Below, piece after piece: positions 36,333-45,786 of a DNA stretch of 64,000 nt (its first letter is position 1; each line of letters opens with the position of its first letter). A program made the position numbers and the translations under genes. Source of the DNA: an uncultured delta proteobacterium (lineage in GTDB: Bacteria > Myxococcota_A > Polyangia > Fen-1088); assembly GCA_963767925.1 (NCBI GenBank), contig CAVYGB010000008.1, positions 2,016,001 through 2,080,000 of the forward strand, written 5' to 3'. Under the pieces are notes generated by a model. The model saw only the letters and a program-made list of their open reading frames with translations, did no database searches and was not told the origin of the DNA.

Positions 36333-36416
36333 CTGTGGGGCGAAGCGTCCCGATTACGCGTAATCGCTGCCTCCAGTCCCCGCCCCCATGGACACTGAAG
36401 CGGCGACGCTGGTCGG

Positions 36417-36926
36417 TCAGTACGTGTTTGAGACGCACTTATCTGGAGTCATGAACCATGACCGGGTGCCGCCAGTCAGGTCAGGGTCGTTGCACTCCGC
36501 GGTCACGATCAAAGTCTGTCGGTCCAGGGACACCTTCCACCATCCCGCGTTGTCAGCCCCAACGGCATCGTAGGTCATGTACACAGGAGCCGTTGCCCAG
36601 CCGTTCTGGGTAGGGTCGAAGATCGTGGCGCCGCTGACCTGCAGCAGCACTCCTCTGATCGCTGCCGAGGAAAAGACGAAGCCACTCGAAAATTGTATCG
36701 CCTCGTACGTCATCGCCAGTGGCGCGTTTTCCAGGACGCCCTGGCAGAAGATGCTGGCGACAATCCTTGTTTCACCCCCCGACCCCGCAGCACCTTCGGC
36801 CCCCATCGGTCCCTGTGGCCCCGCTGGTCCTTGCGCCCCGGGTGCGCCTGTAGCTCCGGCCGGACCAGGCTCGCCAGCGCACCCCACAGCTACCAGAAGC
36901 AACGCCACACCTACCAAAACCTTCAT
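36417..36926 (-). CDS. Collagen-like (Gly-X-Y) lipoprotein
   Basis: MKVLVGVALLLVAVG-C lipobox, then ~10 GXY triplets and a beta-rich domain; GGAGG SD. Confidence 0.8.
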   Translation of the reverse strand: MKVLVGVALLLVAVGCAGEPGPAGATGAPGAQGPAGPQGPMGAEGAAGSGGETRIVASIFCQGVLENAPLAMTYEAIQFSSGFVFSSAAIRGVLLQVSGATIFDPTQNGWATAPVYMTYDAVGADNAGWWKVSLDRQTLIVTAECNDPDLTGGTRSWFMTPDKCVSNTY

Positions 36927-37015
36927 GTTCAACCCCCTCCGTCGGCCTCAGATGGCTCGTTAGGGATCCGGGACGGGTAGCCTGGCCGCCAGTCATTTCA
37001 GGGTTAGGGCGTCTG

Positions 37016-37035
37016 AGTTGTACAACTTGTACAAG
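37016..37035. promoter_or_regulatory. Tandem TTGTACAA palindromes, candidate operator
   Basis: TTGTACAA at 37018-37025 and 37027-37034, AT-rich in a GC-rich context. Confidence 0.5.
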
Positions 37036-37050
37036 ACACGAGCGCCCAGG

Positions 37051-37326
37051 TCACTTCTTGGGTGCCTTCGGCTCGGTCACCTTGACCCCGAGGGTCCGGA
37101 CCCGCTCCATAGCCGCCTGAAGTAGGAAGTCGTTGAAGGAGAGCCGCTCCCCCGGGGGCAGCTCGGCCTCTGCCTTCCGCCTGGCCTGCTCCATGGCCTC
37201 CCGCTGCCACTGGTGGCACCGAAACAGGTACGTCGAGTCATAGCTGCGCTTCTGCGGCACGGCCCCCACGGTATCCGGAACCGCTACCTCAGACAAATCC
37301 TTTATGTCCTTGGACGTTATGGCCAT
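37051..37326 (-). CDS. Small ribbon-helix-helix-like regulator
   Basis: STYLFRC strand, QREAMEQAR helix, LSFNDFLLQAA helix; 91 aa. Confidence 0.6.
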   Translation of the reverse strand: MAITSKDIKDLSEVAVPDTVGAVPQKRSYDSTYLFRCHQWQREAMEQARRKAEAELPPGERLSFNDFLLQAAMERVRTLGVKVTEPKAPKK

Positions 37327-37345
37327 CCTTGAATCCCTAGATCTG

Positions 37346-37357
37346 TAGGATATCCTA
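37346..37357. promoter_or_regulatory. Palindrome TAGGATATCCTA in divergent promoter region
   Basis: Perfect 12-bp palindrome in the 59-bp AT-rich gap between divergent starts. Confidence 0.55.
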
Positions 37358-37385
37358 TATACTAGACCAAGCCAAGGAGGCCCCC

Positions 37386-37766
37386 ATGACCCCCACCATC
37401 CCACCGCCCATCCCGAACGAGCTTCAGCGACAACTCCAGAAGATCTGCTGGGCATCCGCTGCCCGTGACTTCGTCGCGGACCTGGACGTCGAGCTGACCC
37501 CTCTCCCGGTCAACCCGGTGGAGGACCCACCGGTTGCCATCGCAGCCCGATTCCGGACACCGGGTATTCTGGCCTTCCAGGGAGTGGTGGTCATCGACCA
37601 GGACGACTACCAGTGGGAACTGGTTGCGTGGCGAGCCTCGACCCACCATGGGGAACACGAGACGTTCTTTGGCCAGGCGATCCCCTTCGTGGGTCCTCTC
37701 TCGTTCGCCACTGCCGCCACGTACCGGGTGTTCTGCCAGGTCGAGCACCAGGGAGGCGTTCGATGA
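37386..37766 (+). CDS. Hypothetical protein
   Basis: AAGGAGG SD; ATGA overlap with next gene. Confidence 0.7.
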   Translation: MTPTIPPPIPNELQRQLQKICWASAARDFVADLDVELTPLPVNPVEDPPVAIAARFRTPGILAFQGVVVIDQDDYQWELVAWRASTHHGEHETFFGQAIPFVGPLSFATAATYRVFCQVEHQGGVR

Positions 37767-37954
37767 AGTCCTTCCTGGGCTGGGCTTTCTTGGTGACCCT
37801 GGTCTGGGTGGCGTTCGCCCACGGACCCCGGCTACTCCGACAGTGGAAGGCCGATCAGAAGATGGAAAGGATCTGCCGGTCCGACATTTCCTACGTCCGT
37901 GAGGGGTGCACCGCCGCCATCATCGATGCCTTCAAGGCCGGGGGTCCTCGGTGA
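37763..37954 (+). CDS. Small membrane-anchored protein
   Basis: GGAGG SD; N-terminal TM; coupled overlaps on both sides. Confidence 0.65.
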   Translation: MKSFLGWAFLVTLVWVAFAHGPRLLRQWKADQKMERICRSDISYVREGCTAAIIDAFKAGGPR

Positions 37955-38373
37955 CCCGCCTCCTGATCCTCCTGGCCGTGATGGGCTGCCAGCCGGAGAA
38001 CTTCGTCCCGTACTCCGATGGCACTTCCCGTCCCGGCCAGATCGAGGCCCTGACCATCGTCTGGCAACAGACCTACGGCCGGACCGACATGCCGCCGCGG
38101 GTCAGGTTTGTCGTTGGAAGCGACCTGGACGCCGCCCGGTGCGGCGGCGCGGGCTGGTGGGACCCTTGGTGGGAGACCTGCGCGTACGGTCTGGCTGCCG
38201 ACCGGACAATCTATCTCCCATGGCCACCCGGAATTACCTGGTCACAGGCGCCCTTGGCCCATGAGGCTCGCCACGTGATCCTGGATGGAGATCCCTTCCA
38301 CCTCGACCCGGAGTTTAAACCAGGCGGGCTCGTCTCCCAGGCCCAGACGGCACTCAGGGCTACGGACCTGTAG
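37951..38373 (+). CDS. Putative lipoprotein with HExxH zincin motif
   Basis: MTRLLILLAVMG-C signal; LAHEARH; GTGA overlap. Confidence 0.65.
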   Translation: MTRLLILLAVMGCQPENFVPYSDGTSRPGQIEALTIVWQQTYGRTDMPPRVRFVVGSDLDAARCGGAGWWDPWWETCAYGLAADRTIYLPWPPGITWSQAPLAHEARHVILDGDPFHLDPEFKPGGLVSQAQTALRATDL

Positions 38374-38438
38374 CCCTTGCGTCAACCACGACGACCAAGT
38401 GGGTTGTTGAGTAGGGGCCGCCTCCCTCAGACTCAAGC

Positions 38439-38894
38439 ATGCACTTGCCTCCAGTTGCCGGAATCAACGGGTCGATCGTGGAAGCTTACGAGTTTGATGA
38501 ACTGCTTGGTCACTACAGTGACGCACTTGAAGAACTGGACGCCCATGCTTTTGCTGTCTCCAAACAGGTTTCAGACGGGGTAGCTGCCGACAGGGCCGTT
38601 CTAGCCAACTCGATCCTAAGTCTGGCGAGGTCACGCCTTCACGATCTCGTTTCTGCCGCCGCTCAGCGGGGCCGTAGATCGGCTCAGGATATCGCCGCGG
38701 CTCACGATGCCTATCTCGCCATTGGGGACGTTGTCTTGAAACTCTCAGCGGTGAACCACGCTCCCCCCAATGAACTCCTCGAACGGCTGGGCGGTCTGGG
38801 TCGTCGCTGGGGACGCCTGGCCCAGGCGAATCCGCTTCTGGAGGATGGCATCAGCGGACCGGACGATGACTCCCCGACCAACTCGAAGGCGTAA
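38439..38894 (+). CDS. Hypothetical alpha-helical protein
   Basis: 151-aa ORF, visibly less GC-rich than host genes. Confidence 0.5.
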   Translation: MHLPPVAGINGSIVEAYEFDELLGHYSDALEELDAHAFAVSKQVSDGVAADRAVLANSILSLARSRLHDLVSAAAQRGRRSAQDIAAAHDAYLAIGDVVLKLSAVNHAPPNELLERLGGLGRRWGRLAQANPLLEDGISGPDDDSPTNSKA

Positions 38895-39044
38895 GACCGG
38901 GAGCGTCTATCGGTAAGCACCCGCCCGATCAATTGCAGCCGGCCTCGGCAAGGAAGGCCACCCCCTCGCGCCTTCTCGTCGTCCCCGCCACTGCCGCGGT
39001 CGTCCGAATTCACCGAGGGTCACCTCCCTGACCCAGCAACCTTC

Positions 39045-39254
39045 GTGGCCACCCGCCGACAACCACCCATGCACTGGGCCCTTCGCTTCGACTCCGCCCG
39101 CCTGTTCCTCCGGGTCGCCACGTTGGTATCGCTCCAAAGCGGCTGGCTCGCCGAGAAGCTGATCGAGCATGCTGCCGGGATCTTGGCTGGTGACGACCCG
39201 GAGTGGGACGCCAGCGGCGAGATAGAAGCCGCGATCGAGGGAGTGGAGAACTGA
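39045..39254 (+). CDS. Hypothetical protein
   Basis: Short ORF co-oriented with neighbours. Confidence 0.4.
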   Translation: MATRRQPPMHWALRFDSARLFLRVATLVSLQSGWLAEKLIEHAAGILAGDDPEWDASGEIEAAIEGVEN

Positions 39255-39270
39255 GCTAGACTGCCGCCCC

Positions 39271-39546
39271 ATGGAAACGGGGGCATCGCTGGGGTGGACG
39301 ACGGACCGAACGACCTTGCCGGATGGCCCTCGCGCGGAGGTTCGGGTCGGTGACCTGACCTTCTGGGCGCCTATGCCGGCGGACGGGAGCCTGGCATCAG
39401 CCGTGACGGGCTTCGCGCTGGACTTCCAGGACGACTACCAGACCACCACCCCTGCCTTCGCCCGGGAGCACGATGCCGAGGGCCACGTGGTCGAGGAATG
39501 GCCCTTCGAGCTGGGGCCCGCCGGGCTGTGGTCCGAGGTCGCCTGA
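39271..39546 (+). CDS. Hypothetical protein
   Basis: 91-aa ORF with protein-like composition. Confidence 0.55.
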   Translation: METGASLGWTTDRTTLPDGPRAEVRVGDLTFWAPMPADGSLASAVTGFALDFQDDYQTTTPAFAREHDAEGHVVEEWPFELGPAGLWSEVA

Positions 39547-39559
39547 GCCGGGCTGAGGA

Positions 39560-39820
39560 CCGGCAACCCTCGGAGTCGGCACCCCAGGACATTGCTTCCA
39601 GGGTCGGAAACGGGGTCGATTTGACCCGATCGCAGCGCGACACGACTGATCCGAGGGTTGTACCCCCATGGAGACCCCAAACGTCGAATAGCGACGCGTC
39701 AACCGACCCCCATGTTTGGCTTGGGACTCCGGCCGTTGCTCGGCCACGAGCCCGCTTCGGTCGGGAGCATCACCTGGTGTTCGTGCCAGCGCGTCCGGGG
39801 TGGCTCAATGTGACGCCATG
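39560..39820 (+). ncRNA. Candidate structured RNA or structured 5' leader
   Basis: 11-bp perfect inverted repeat 39564-39574/39650-39660, several hairpins, C(UUCG)G loop. Confidence 0.35.
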
Positions 39821-40060
39821 ACAAACGACAACGCCGAGAAGGCCGAGGCCGACTCGAAGGCTTACAGGTTCAGCCGAATCGTACGTCGGGCATCACCAGG
39901 AGCGCCTTGGGATCCGCCAATGCCGGCATCGGTAAAACCCCTCGCCGACGGTTCGTTCGAGGCAGAGGTTCAACAACCGTTTGCCCAAACCGTGTTCCTC
40001 CCCGCCAAAGAGAAAGGGAAAACCTGGGATTTTGCGGCTGAGGCGTCGGCCAGTCCGTAG
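39818..40060 (+). CDS. Hypothetical protein
   Basis: 80 aa starting MTNDNAEK; converges on the late operon. Confidence 0.5.
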   Translation: MTNDNAEKAEADSKAYRFSRIVRRASPGAPWDPPMPASVKPLADGSFEAEVQQPFAQTVFLPAKEKGKTWDFAAEASASP

Positions 40061-40068
40061 ACCCGTCG

Positions 40069-40392
40069 TTAGGTGACGGGGGTATCGGACGGTGGGGGCG
40101 CCGCGGAAGGCTCTCCGGGTTCGGGCGCCTTGGCCGCGGACTCTTTGACCTCTCCCCCACCCGCCTTGGCGTCCAGTCCCTCGGCCAGGCCCACCGTGGT
40201 CGCCAGGGCTGCCAGTTGCTCCTGAACAGCGTCCCGTTCATCCTGGACGGCGGCAAGGTGCTTCTGCACGACGGAGATCTGATAGGTCAGCCGACCGAGA
40301 TCGGACAGCAGCCGGGCCTGCTGCCTCTCCCATTCCTCGGTGATCGTGCCTCGGATCGGCCGAGCCCCGGTCAGACTGGCGGGTAGTGGCAT
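40069..40392 (-). CDS. Coiled-coil phage protein
   Basis: Heptad-like region; last gene of the late operon. Confidence 0.6.
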   Translation of the reverse strand: MPLPASLTGARPIRGTITEEWERQQARLLSDLGRLTYQISVVQKHLAAVQDERDAVQEQLAALATTVGLAEGLDAKAGGGEVKESAAKAPEPGEPSAAPPPSDTPVT

Positions 40393-40393
40393 A

Positions 40394-40804
40394 TCAGGAC
40401 GTCGTCACGTAGGCCGTGATGGCGCCGGTCGAGGATGCATTGACGTACGCCAGGCGGGACCTCTTGAACGCAATATTGGTCAGGAGGATGGGCTGGTCGA
40501 ACGGGTCGGTGGCCGGGATCGGGATGGTGTCAGTCGGGCTGAGGTCAACGTCACGCCACCCCGTGGTGTTGTTGGTCTCCTTCTCTTCCTGAGTGGCTCC
40601 CGAGGCCGCGTTGACGGCGGCACGATACACGGCATCAGGCAGGTTGTTGATCTGCCATTTCAGGGTCCCGACCGCCGTGCCGGTCTTGATGAAGTCGTAC
40701 GCGATGCAGCCCAGCGGTCCAGGTGAACTGGCGCGGGAGTAGTACGTCGTGGTGCTGGAGACGGCTTGAGCACTCCAGACCGGGACGGGTTCGGAAACGG
40801 GCAA
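40394..40804 (-). CDS. Beta-rich phage structural-type protein
   Basis: 136 aa, Thr/Ser-rich; TTG start. Confidence 0.6.
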   Translation of the reverse strand: MPVSEPVPVWSAQAVSSTTTYYSRASSPGPLGCIAYDFIKTGTAVGTLKWQINNLPDAVYRAAVNAASGATQEEKETNNTTGWRDVDLSPTDTIPIPATDPFDQPILLTNIAFKRSRLAYVNASSTGAITAYVTTS

Positions 40805-40862
40805 GGAATCACCTCTCTCGTGGATTCAACCGGGGTCACCGGCCTGAGGGAGCGAAACGCTC

Positions 40863-40884
40863 CTATCCAACGGGATTCCCGCCG
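40863..40884 (-). promoter_or_regulatory. Late-gene motif, copy 1
   Basis: CTATCCAACGGGATTCCCGCCG, 20/22 identical to the other copies. Confidence 0.7.
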
Positions 40885-43800
40885 CTACTTGTCGTTCAGG
40901 CTGAGCCGCTGGACCGGCGTGGTCAGCTCGAGTTCCTTGGGAGTACCACCACGGGACCCCCGCCCGGACGGATCCGATCCCACCTGCGTCTGGTCCGGGC
41001 CGTTCAGGATGGCCAACCCACGCGCGGGAATGCCGAGAAACCGCGACAAGGCTGACTCCTCCCTACCCTTCAGTTGTCGCTTCAGCCCCTGGATCTCCTC
41101 CCCGACGATCTTCGCCGCCTCGGCGTACAGCGCCGGGTAGACCGTCCGGATCGCATCCACATGATCGGCTGACAACTGCTCTGGGACCGACAGGCACCCG
41201 ATAGGGACCTCGACCGCCTGGGCAGCACGCCGCAGCTTGGCCCTCTCGGCGGCGGTCATGCCGGCGTCTTTCGAGGCCAGACCTGGGAGCGGACGCTTCC
41301 GGATCAGTCCCTGGAGGTACGCCAGAGCCCGCTGGGCAGTCAGGGTGAAGCTGATCACCACGTCCTGGGGCATGCGTTCTACCGACCCGAAGGACTCCAG
41401 GGGAATCGACTCCGGGAGGTCAAACGCCCACCCGGTGTCAACGGCGGGGAGGCCGGCGGACTTGCCGCGGAGGTACCCTCGTACCCCGTCCCTGACCTCG
41501 GTCAGCATCCTCTCCGGCGCTTTCAGGGTCCATTGGGTCGGCCCCTTGCCGGTCAAGAAGTCCGGCATCAGGACGCGTGAAAAGAGGAGTTCCCCGTGAT
41601 CCATGTCAGTCCACTGCCTCGCCAGAGAGTTGTCGGCCAATGCTCTGCTTCGTCCGGGACGACAAGTCCGTTCGCTGGTCGAGGCGGCGGGCGCCCTGGA
41701 TCAGCTTCCGGACGCTTTTGCCGAGGGTGCCGGGCGGTGATGGCTTCTTGTTGGCCACCCGCTTCTCAAGCAGCTTCTGACCCTCGTACGCCAGCCGGGC
41801 CGCACCCGCCAGCGGAGCCCGACCGAGGTCAAGCCGCGGATCCTTCGCAAGACCCTCCAGGAAGTCGGGGGTGAACGGCTTGCTTTGCTGCTTCGCGATC
41901 CCAGCGGCCTGGAGAAGGTCGGCCATCTCTCGCCGCTGGAGTTGGGTCCGAACAGCCGGGACCCGGGAGTCGATCAAATCGCGCAAAGCCTTGGCCATCC
42001 CCTCCGAGGGCGTGAGCTTGGGGCGCACCTGGACAGCCGCCCGCTGAGACTGAATGGACGGGGGTCGGGGCGCCAACTGCTCGGAGAGGTCGACGACTTC
42101 CTTCGCCGGGATCTTCCCCGTTTTGGACTTCGGGATAGCCGGGGTGGCCCGCAGCGGCTCTTGAGCGGCACGCTGGCGAGCGGCCTTCTGCAGGGTCTTC
42201 AAGCGGGAGAAGTCGAAGTTCAGTTTGTCGATCGCGGCCCTCTCCCCGATGAAGTCCAGGTAGTCGTTCAGCGTCCCCTTCGCCGCCCCGGCCAGGTCCC
42301 TCTGGAATGCCTGGGAAAGGCTGGGGTCAAGCTGAGAACCTGAGAATCCCTTCGCCTGGATCGTGGAGATCGTCTCCCGGAGCCTGCTCGGTCGAACGGG
42401 AACCGGGAACTCGACCAACTCCCGCAGACCGCCGTCACGAAACGCCTCCAGGGCCTTCTTTCCACCCCATTTGTCGATCGCGAAGTGAACGAACCTCATG
42501 ACCTCCCCGGCCTGAGCCTGGGACTGCGGCGCCGGGTTCTTGTCGTAGGTCCTATGAAGAGTCAGGAGGTCCTCGACGATGGTCGGAAGAGTCAGCGGGT
42601 TGGTCGCGTGGTGAGTCTTCTCGATGGATTTGTACGCCTGACCGAGCTTGGTCCCGACCTGGCTGACCGCCTTCTCCGCTGCCACGGCGTGCTTGGCGGG
42701 CTCCCGGACTGTCTTGTCCAGCCCGTAGCGCTTGGCGACGTCCACCATGTTCTTGGCGTCAGCCCCAATCTTCTCCCGGGTCTGGCCTTTCGCGCGCTCG
42801 GACATCCGGCGCAAGAGATTGTCGTCTGTCAGCGGGCGCTGTGGGACGTACCGGTCCTCGATGGCATCGATAGTTCGCTGGACAGCCCGCTGGTTCTCTG
42901 GCTTCTGGAACTGACCCTGAACCTTGCGGAGGTTGTCGATCACCTCGTTGGCGTCCATGGGCTTGGCCTTGCCCAGCGCAGTCTGGGCCGCTGCATCCGC
43001 CCGTGTGGCGGCGGCCTTCGCCGTGGCAACCTGGGAAGCCGGAGCCCTCGGATTGGTGACGATGTTCTCCGCCTTGATAACGTCGAGAGCCAGGTCGCGG
43101 TTGAGCCCGATGGGGTCCCGGATAGACTTCGCAGCGCCCCCCTTCTCGTTGGCACCGACGGCGTCACGCAGGACTCGGTTGTCTACCGCCTCTTGGGCAC
43201 GGGGCTTGGAGAACACATCCTTGAGCTTCCGGACACCCACCCTGGCCGTCTCCATCCCGACGCCAGCAGCCGCTCCCGTGGCGGCTCCGACCACCCCACC
43301 GACCGCTCCCGCCTCGGCGATCTGACCCGGGGTGGCGATCAGCCCAGGAACGTAGGTTCTCACCCCGTCCTTGGCCACCATGCCGGAGTCCTGGGCTCCG
43401 ATGCCCGTCGCAGTACCCAGCAGCGCGCCGACACCGGCCCCCGCAAGGGTCCGGACCACCGGTGTTGCCAACTTGGATGCCGTGGTCGCCAGTCCGGCAC
43501 CCGGGGCCACCAACCCTGTCACCAACTCTGATCCAGCAGCCAGGACTGGCCGGGCTGCCGCGGTTGCGCGCTGGCGTTCCCGGATGAGGTCCCGGACCCC
43601 GGTGTAGACCCGCTTTCGTTCCTGGGGGGACATCGCCGGCCCGATGTCCGGCTTCCCTCCGGTCTGGGCCATCAATGGATCGACCGCGAAGTCGGACGCA
43701 GCCGCCCCACCCCCCAGTTCGTCGGAAAGTCGGCCCGTCAGCCCCTGGGCGCCATGGACGACGATGGTCTCCAGCCTCGAAGCCTCGTTGCGGTCTCGGG

Positions 43801-44146
43801 AAAGCCGCTCCCGGGGGGCGTACAGCTCGTCCACACCCTGGACACGAGCCAGCATGGAATCCCGGACCTTCCCCGGCTCGGGTTGGCCGTCCGGAGGTAG
43901 CGGCGGGCTGAAGGATGAACTCGGCGGTGGGGGTGGTGCCGAATCCCTCTCCGCCTCGATTCGCTGACCAGCGGTCATCCTGGCCGGGGCCGCCGCGGTT
44001 CCTTGGAGGACTGACCGAGCACGGGCGATGGTATCCAGCCGATCCTGCTCGCGACGCTCCATAGCGTCCAGCTCGGCAGGGCTGAAGCCGGGCCCGTCCT
44101 CCAGAGCGTCCAACTCCTCAGCCGTGTATGCGCGTTGCTTTGCCAT
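40885..44146 (-). CDS. Large internal virion (ejection) protein; ORFs 41606-44146 and 40885-41640 are probably one gene split by a +1 error
   Basis: Ala/Gly-rich helical sequence with hydrophobic GAGVGALLG stretch; joined length is 3n+1. Confidence 0.6.
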
Positions 44147-45786
44147 CAGTTGACCTGTCGGTACTTGCCGTCGGGACCCATTCGGTACGTCTTGCCGCCG
44201 ATGACCCGTTCCTTGGTGCTGGAGCCCTTGGCGGCAGGTTTGCCCTTCGCCTCTTTGATCAGGTTCTTGACCGCCTCCGAGGCGGGGGCCTTCGGACCGG
44301 GGACCGGTGCCCTTTGGCTTGGCGGGGGCTGGGCCGTGCCCGGCAGGTCAAGGGTGCCAGGGTCGACGTCCATAGCCCTGGAGGCACCCTTGCGATCGAA
44401 GCCCCACCTGGCCAGAGAGCGCTCTGACTCGTCTCGCCATTGCTCTGCTGCCGCCTCGATACGCGGCACGTTGTTGAAGATGTCGTTCGGGGACACGCTG
44501 CCGGCGATCCCGTCGATCATCGCTTGTTCGGAGTCCGTGAAGCTAGCCCCGCGCCCCTTGGCCGTGGCCAGTTCCAGGCGGACGCCGTTGAGCTTCTGAA
44601 CCAGGAGTTGGCGCTTCATGGGGTCCGCGATGAACCCCGTGGGACCCAGCTTGTTCTCTTGGACGAACTGCTTGACCTCATTCAGGCGGTTCAGGACGTC
44701 TTGGCGCCCAGACACAGCGGCGCGCATCTCGTCGAGGCGCTTCTGAGCCATGGCCCCACCCCGGCCTCCGGCATTGGGGGTCTGAACCACGGTCCCTTGC
44801 CGGTTGGAGACGCTGGTCGTCCCGCCGGTGGTGGACGTGGGCGCGAAGTCCGTCGCAGCCTTGGCCTTGATGTCCGCGGCCTCGGCACGGGCCTTGGCCA
44901 CGAACTCTTGGGCTTTCGCCTCTCCCTCCGCGTTGAGCTGCCCCTTTCGTGCCGTCAGCTCGGCCTCTACCTGGCTGGCCACGGTTTCGAGGTAGCCCGC
45001 CTTCTTGAGGGGGGCGAGCTTGATTTCGTCGTCCAGGAAGTCCCGGACGCGCTTGTCGGCCCAGGTCCGAGCATCCGCTACGGCCTTGCGGGCCGTCTCC
45101 AGCTTGGTCCGACGGTCGAGATCCCACTTGTCGACAGTGTCTGAGAGCATCTCGGCGGCGGTGTTGCGCCCCGTCTTGATGGCCCCGAACGCACCCAGGA
45201 GTAGCCCGATCCCCCAGGCGACTTTTTGGCCCGTGGTGGCGTCCCCGAGGTACTTGTCGTTCTGCTTCGCAGCCTGGGCCTGAAACTCGGCCACCTGACT
45301 GTTGACGTACTTCTGACCCTCTTGCGCCAGCCGCTGCCGTTCCGCCTGGACACGCTTGGCGTCTGCGGCTTCTTGCTTGGCCACCGCGGCCTCAAGCTCC
45401 AGCTTGGCGACGTCACGGGCGGCTGCCGCCCGTTCAGCCTTGGCGCGTTCATCCGCCGCGGCAACCTTGTCGGCCTGAGCCGCGTCTTGCGCGGTCTGGG
45501 CAGCGACAACATCCGGGGTCCTCACCTTGCCGGACGTCTCGTTCTTGGAGGTCTCGCCAGTGGTGGTGGACTCTTGCTGCTGGGTCACGTCCAGCGCCTG
45601 GAGAATCCCGGCCTGGGTCGGATCGGCGGCTGGTGCGGCGTTGTCGTTCGTCGGGGGTGGGGCGGCTCCGACACCCTGCCCGGGTTCGACGTCGTAGAAC
45701 GTAGGGGCTGGAGCCGAACCGGGAACCTGGATCGGACCAGGAATATCGTCGTCCTCGAATTCCAGCGTCAGCGGATCGATCGCCAT
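44146..45786 (-). CDS. Internal virion (ejection) protein
   Basis: Coiled coil plus TM-like AWGIGLLLGAFGAI; 1-nt stop/start overlaps. Confidence 0.65.
   Translation of the reverse strand: MAIDPLTLEFEDDDIPGPIQVPGSAPAPTFYDVEPGQGVGAAPPPTNDNAAPAADPTQAGILQALDVTQQQESTTTGETSKNETSGKVRTPDVVAAQTAQDAAQADKVAAADERAKAERAAAARDVAKLELEAAVAKQEAADAKRVQAERQRLAQEGQKYVNSQVAEFQAQAAKQNDKYLGDATTGQKVAWGIGLLLGAFGAIKTGRNTAAEMLSDTVDKWDLDRRTKLETARKAVADARTWADKRVRDFLDDEIKLAPLKKAGYLETVASQVEAELTARKGQLNAEGEAKAQEFVAKARAEAADIKAKAATDFAPTSTTGGTTSVSNRQGTVVQTPNAGGRGGAMAQKRLDEMRAAVSGRQDVLNRLNEVKQFVQENKLGPTGFIADPMKRQLLVQKLNGVRLELATAKGRGASFTDSEQAMIDGIAGSVSPNDIFNNVPRIEAAAEQWRDESERSLARWGFDRKGASRAMDVDPGTLDLPGTAQPPPSQRAPVPGPKAPASEAVKNLIKEAKGKPAAKGSSTKERVIGGKTYRMGPDGKYRQVN

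Noticed and set aside
39595..39980. Phage-encoded tmRNA
   Set aside because: Despite the NDN-coding start and a GGG...GAAACGG segment, no tRNA-like acceptor or T-arm end and no short tag ending in AA-stop was found
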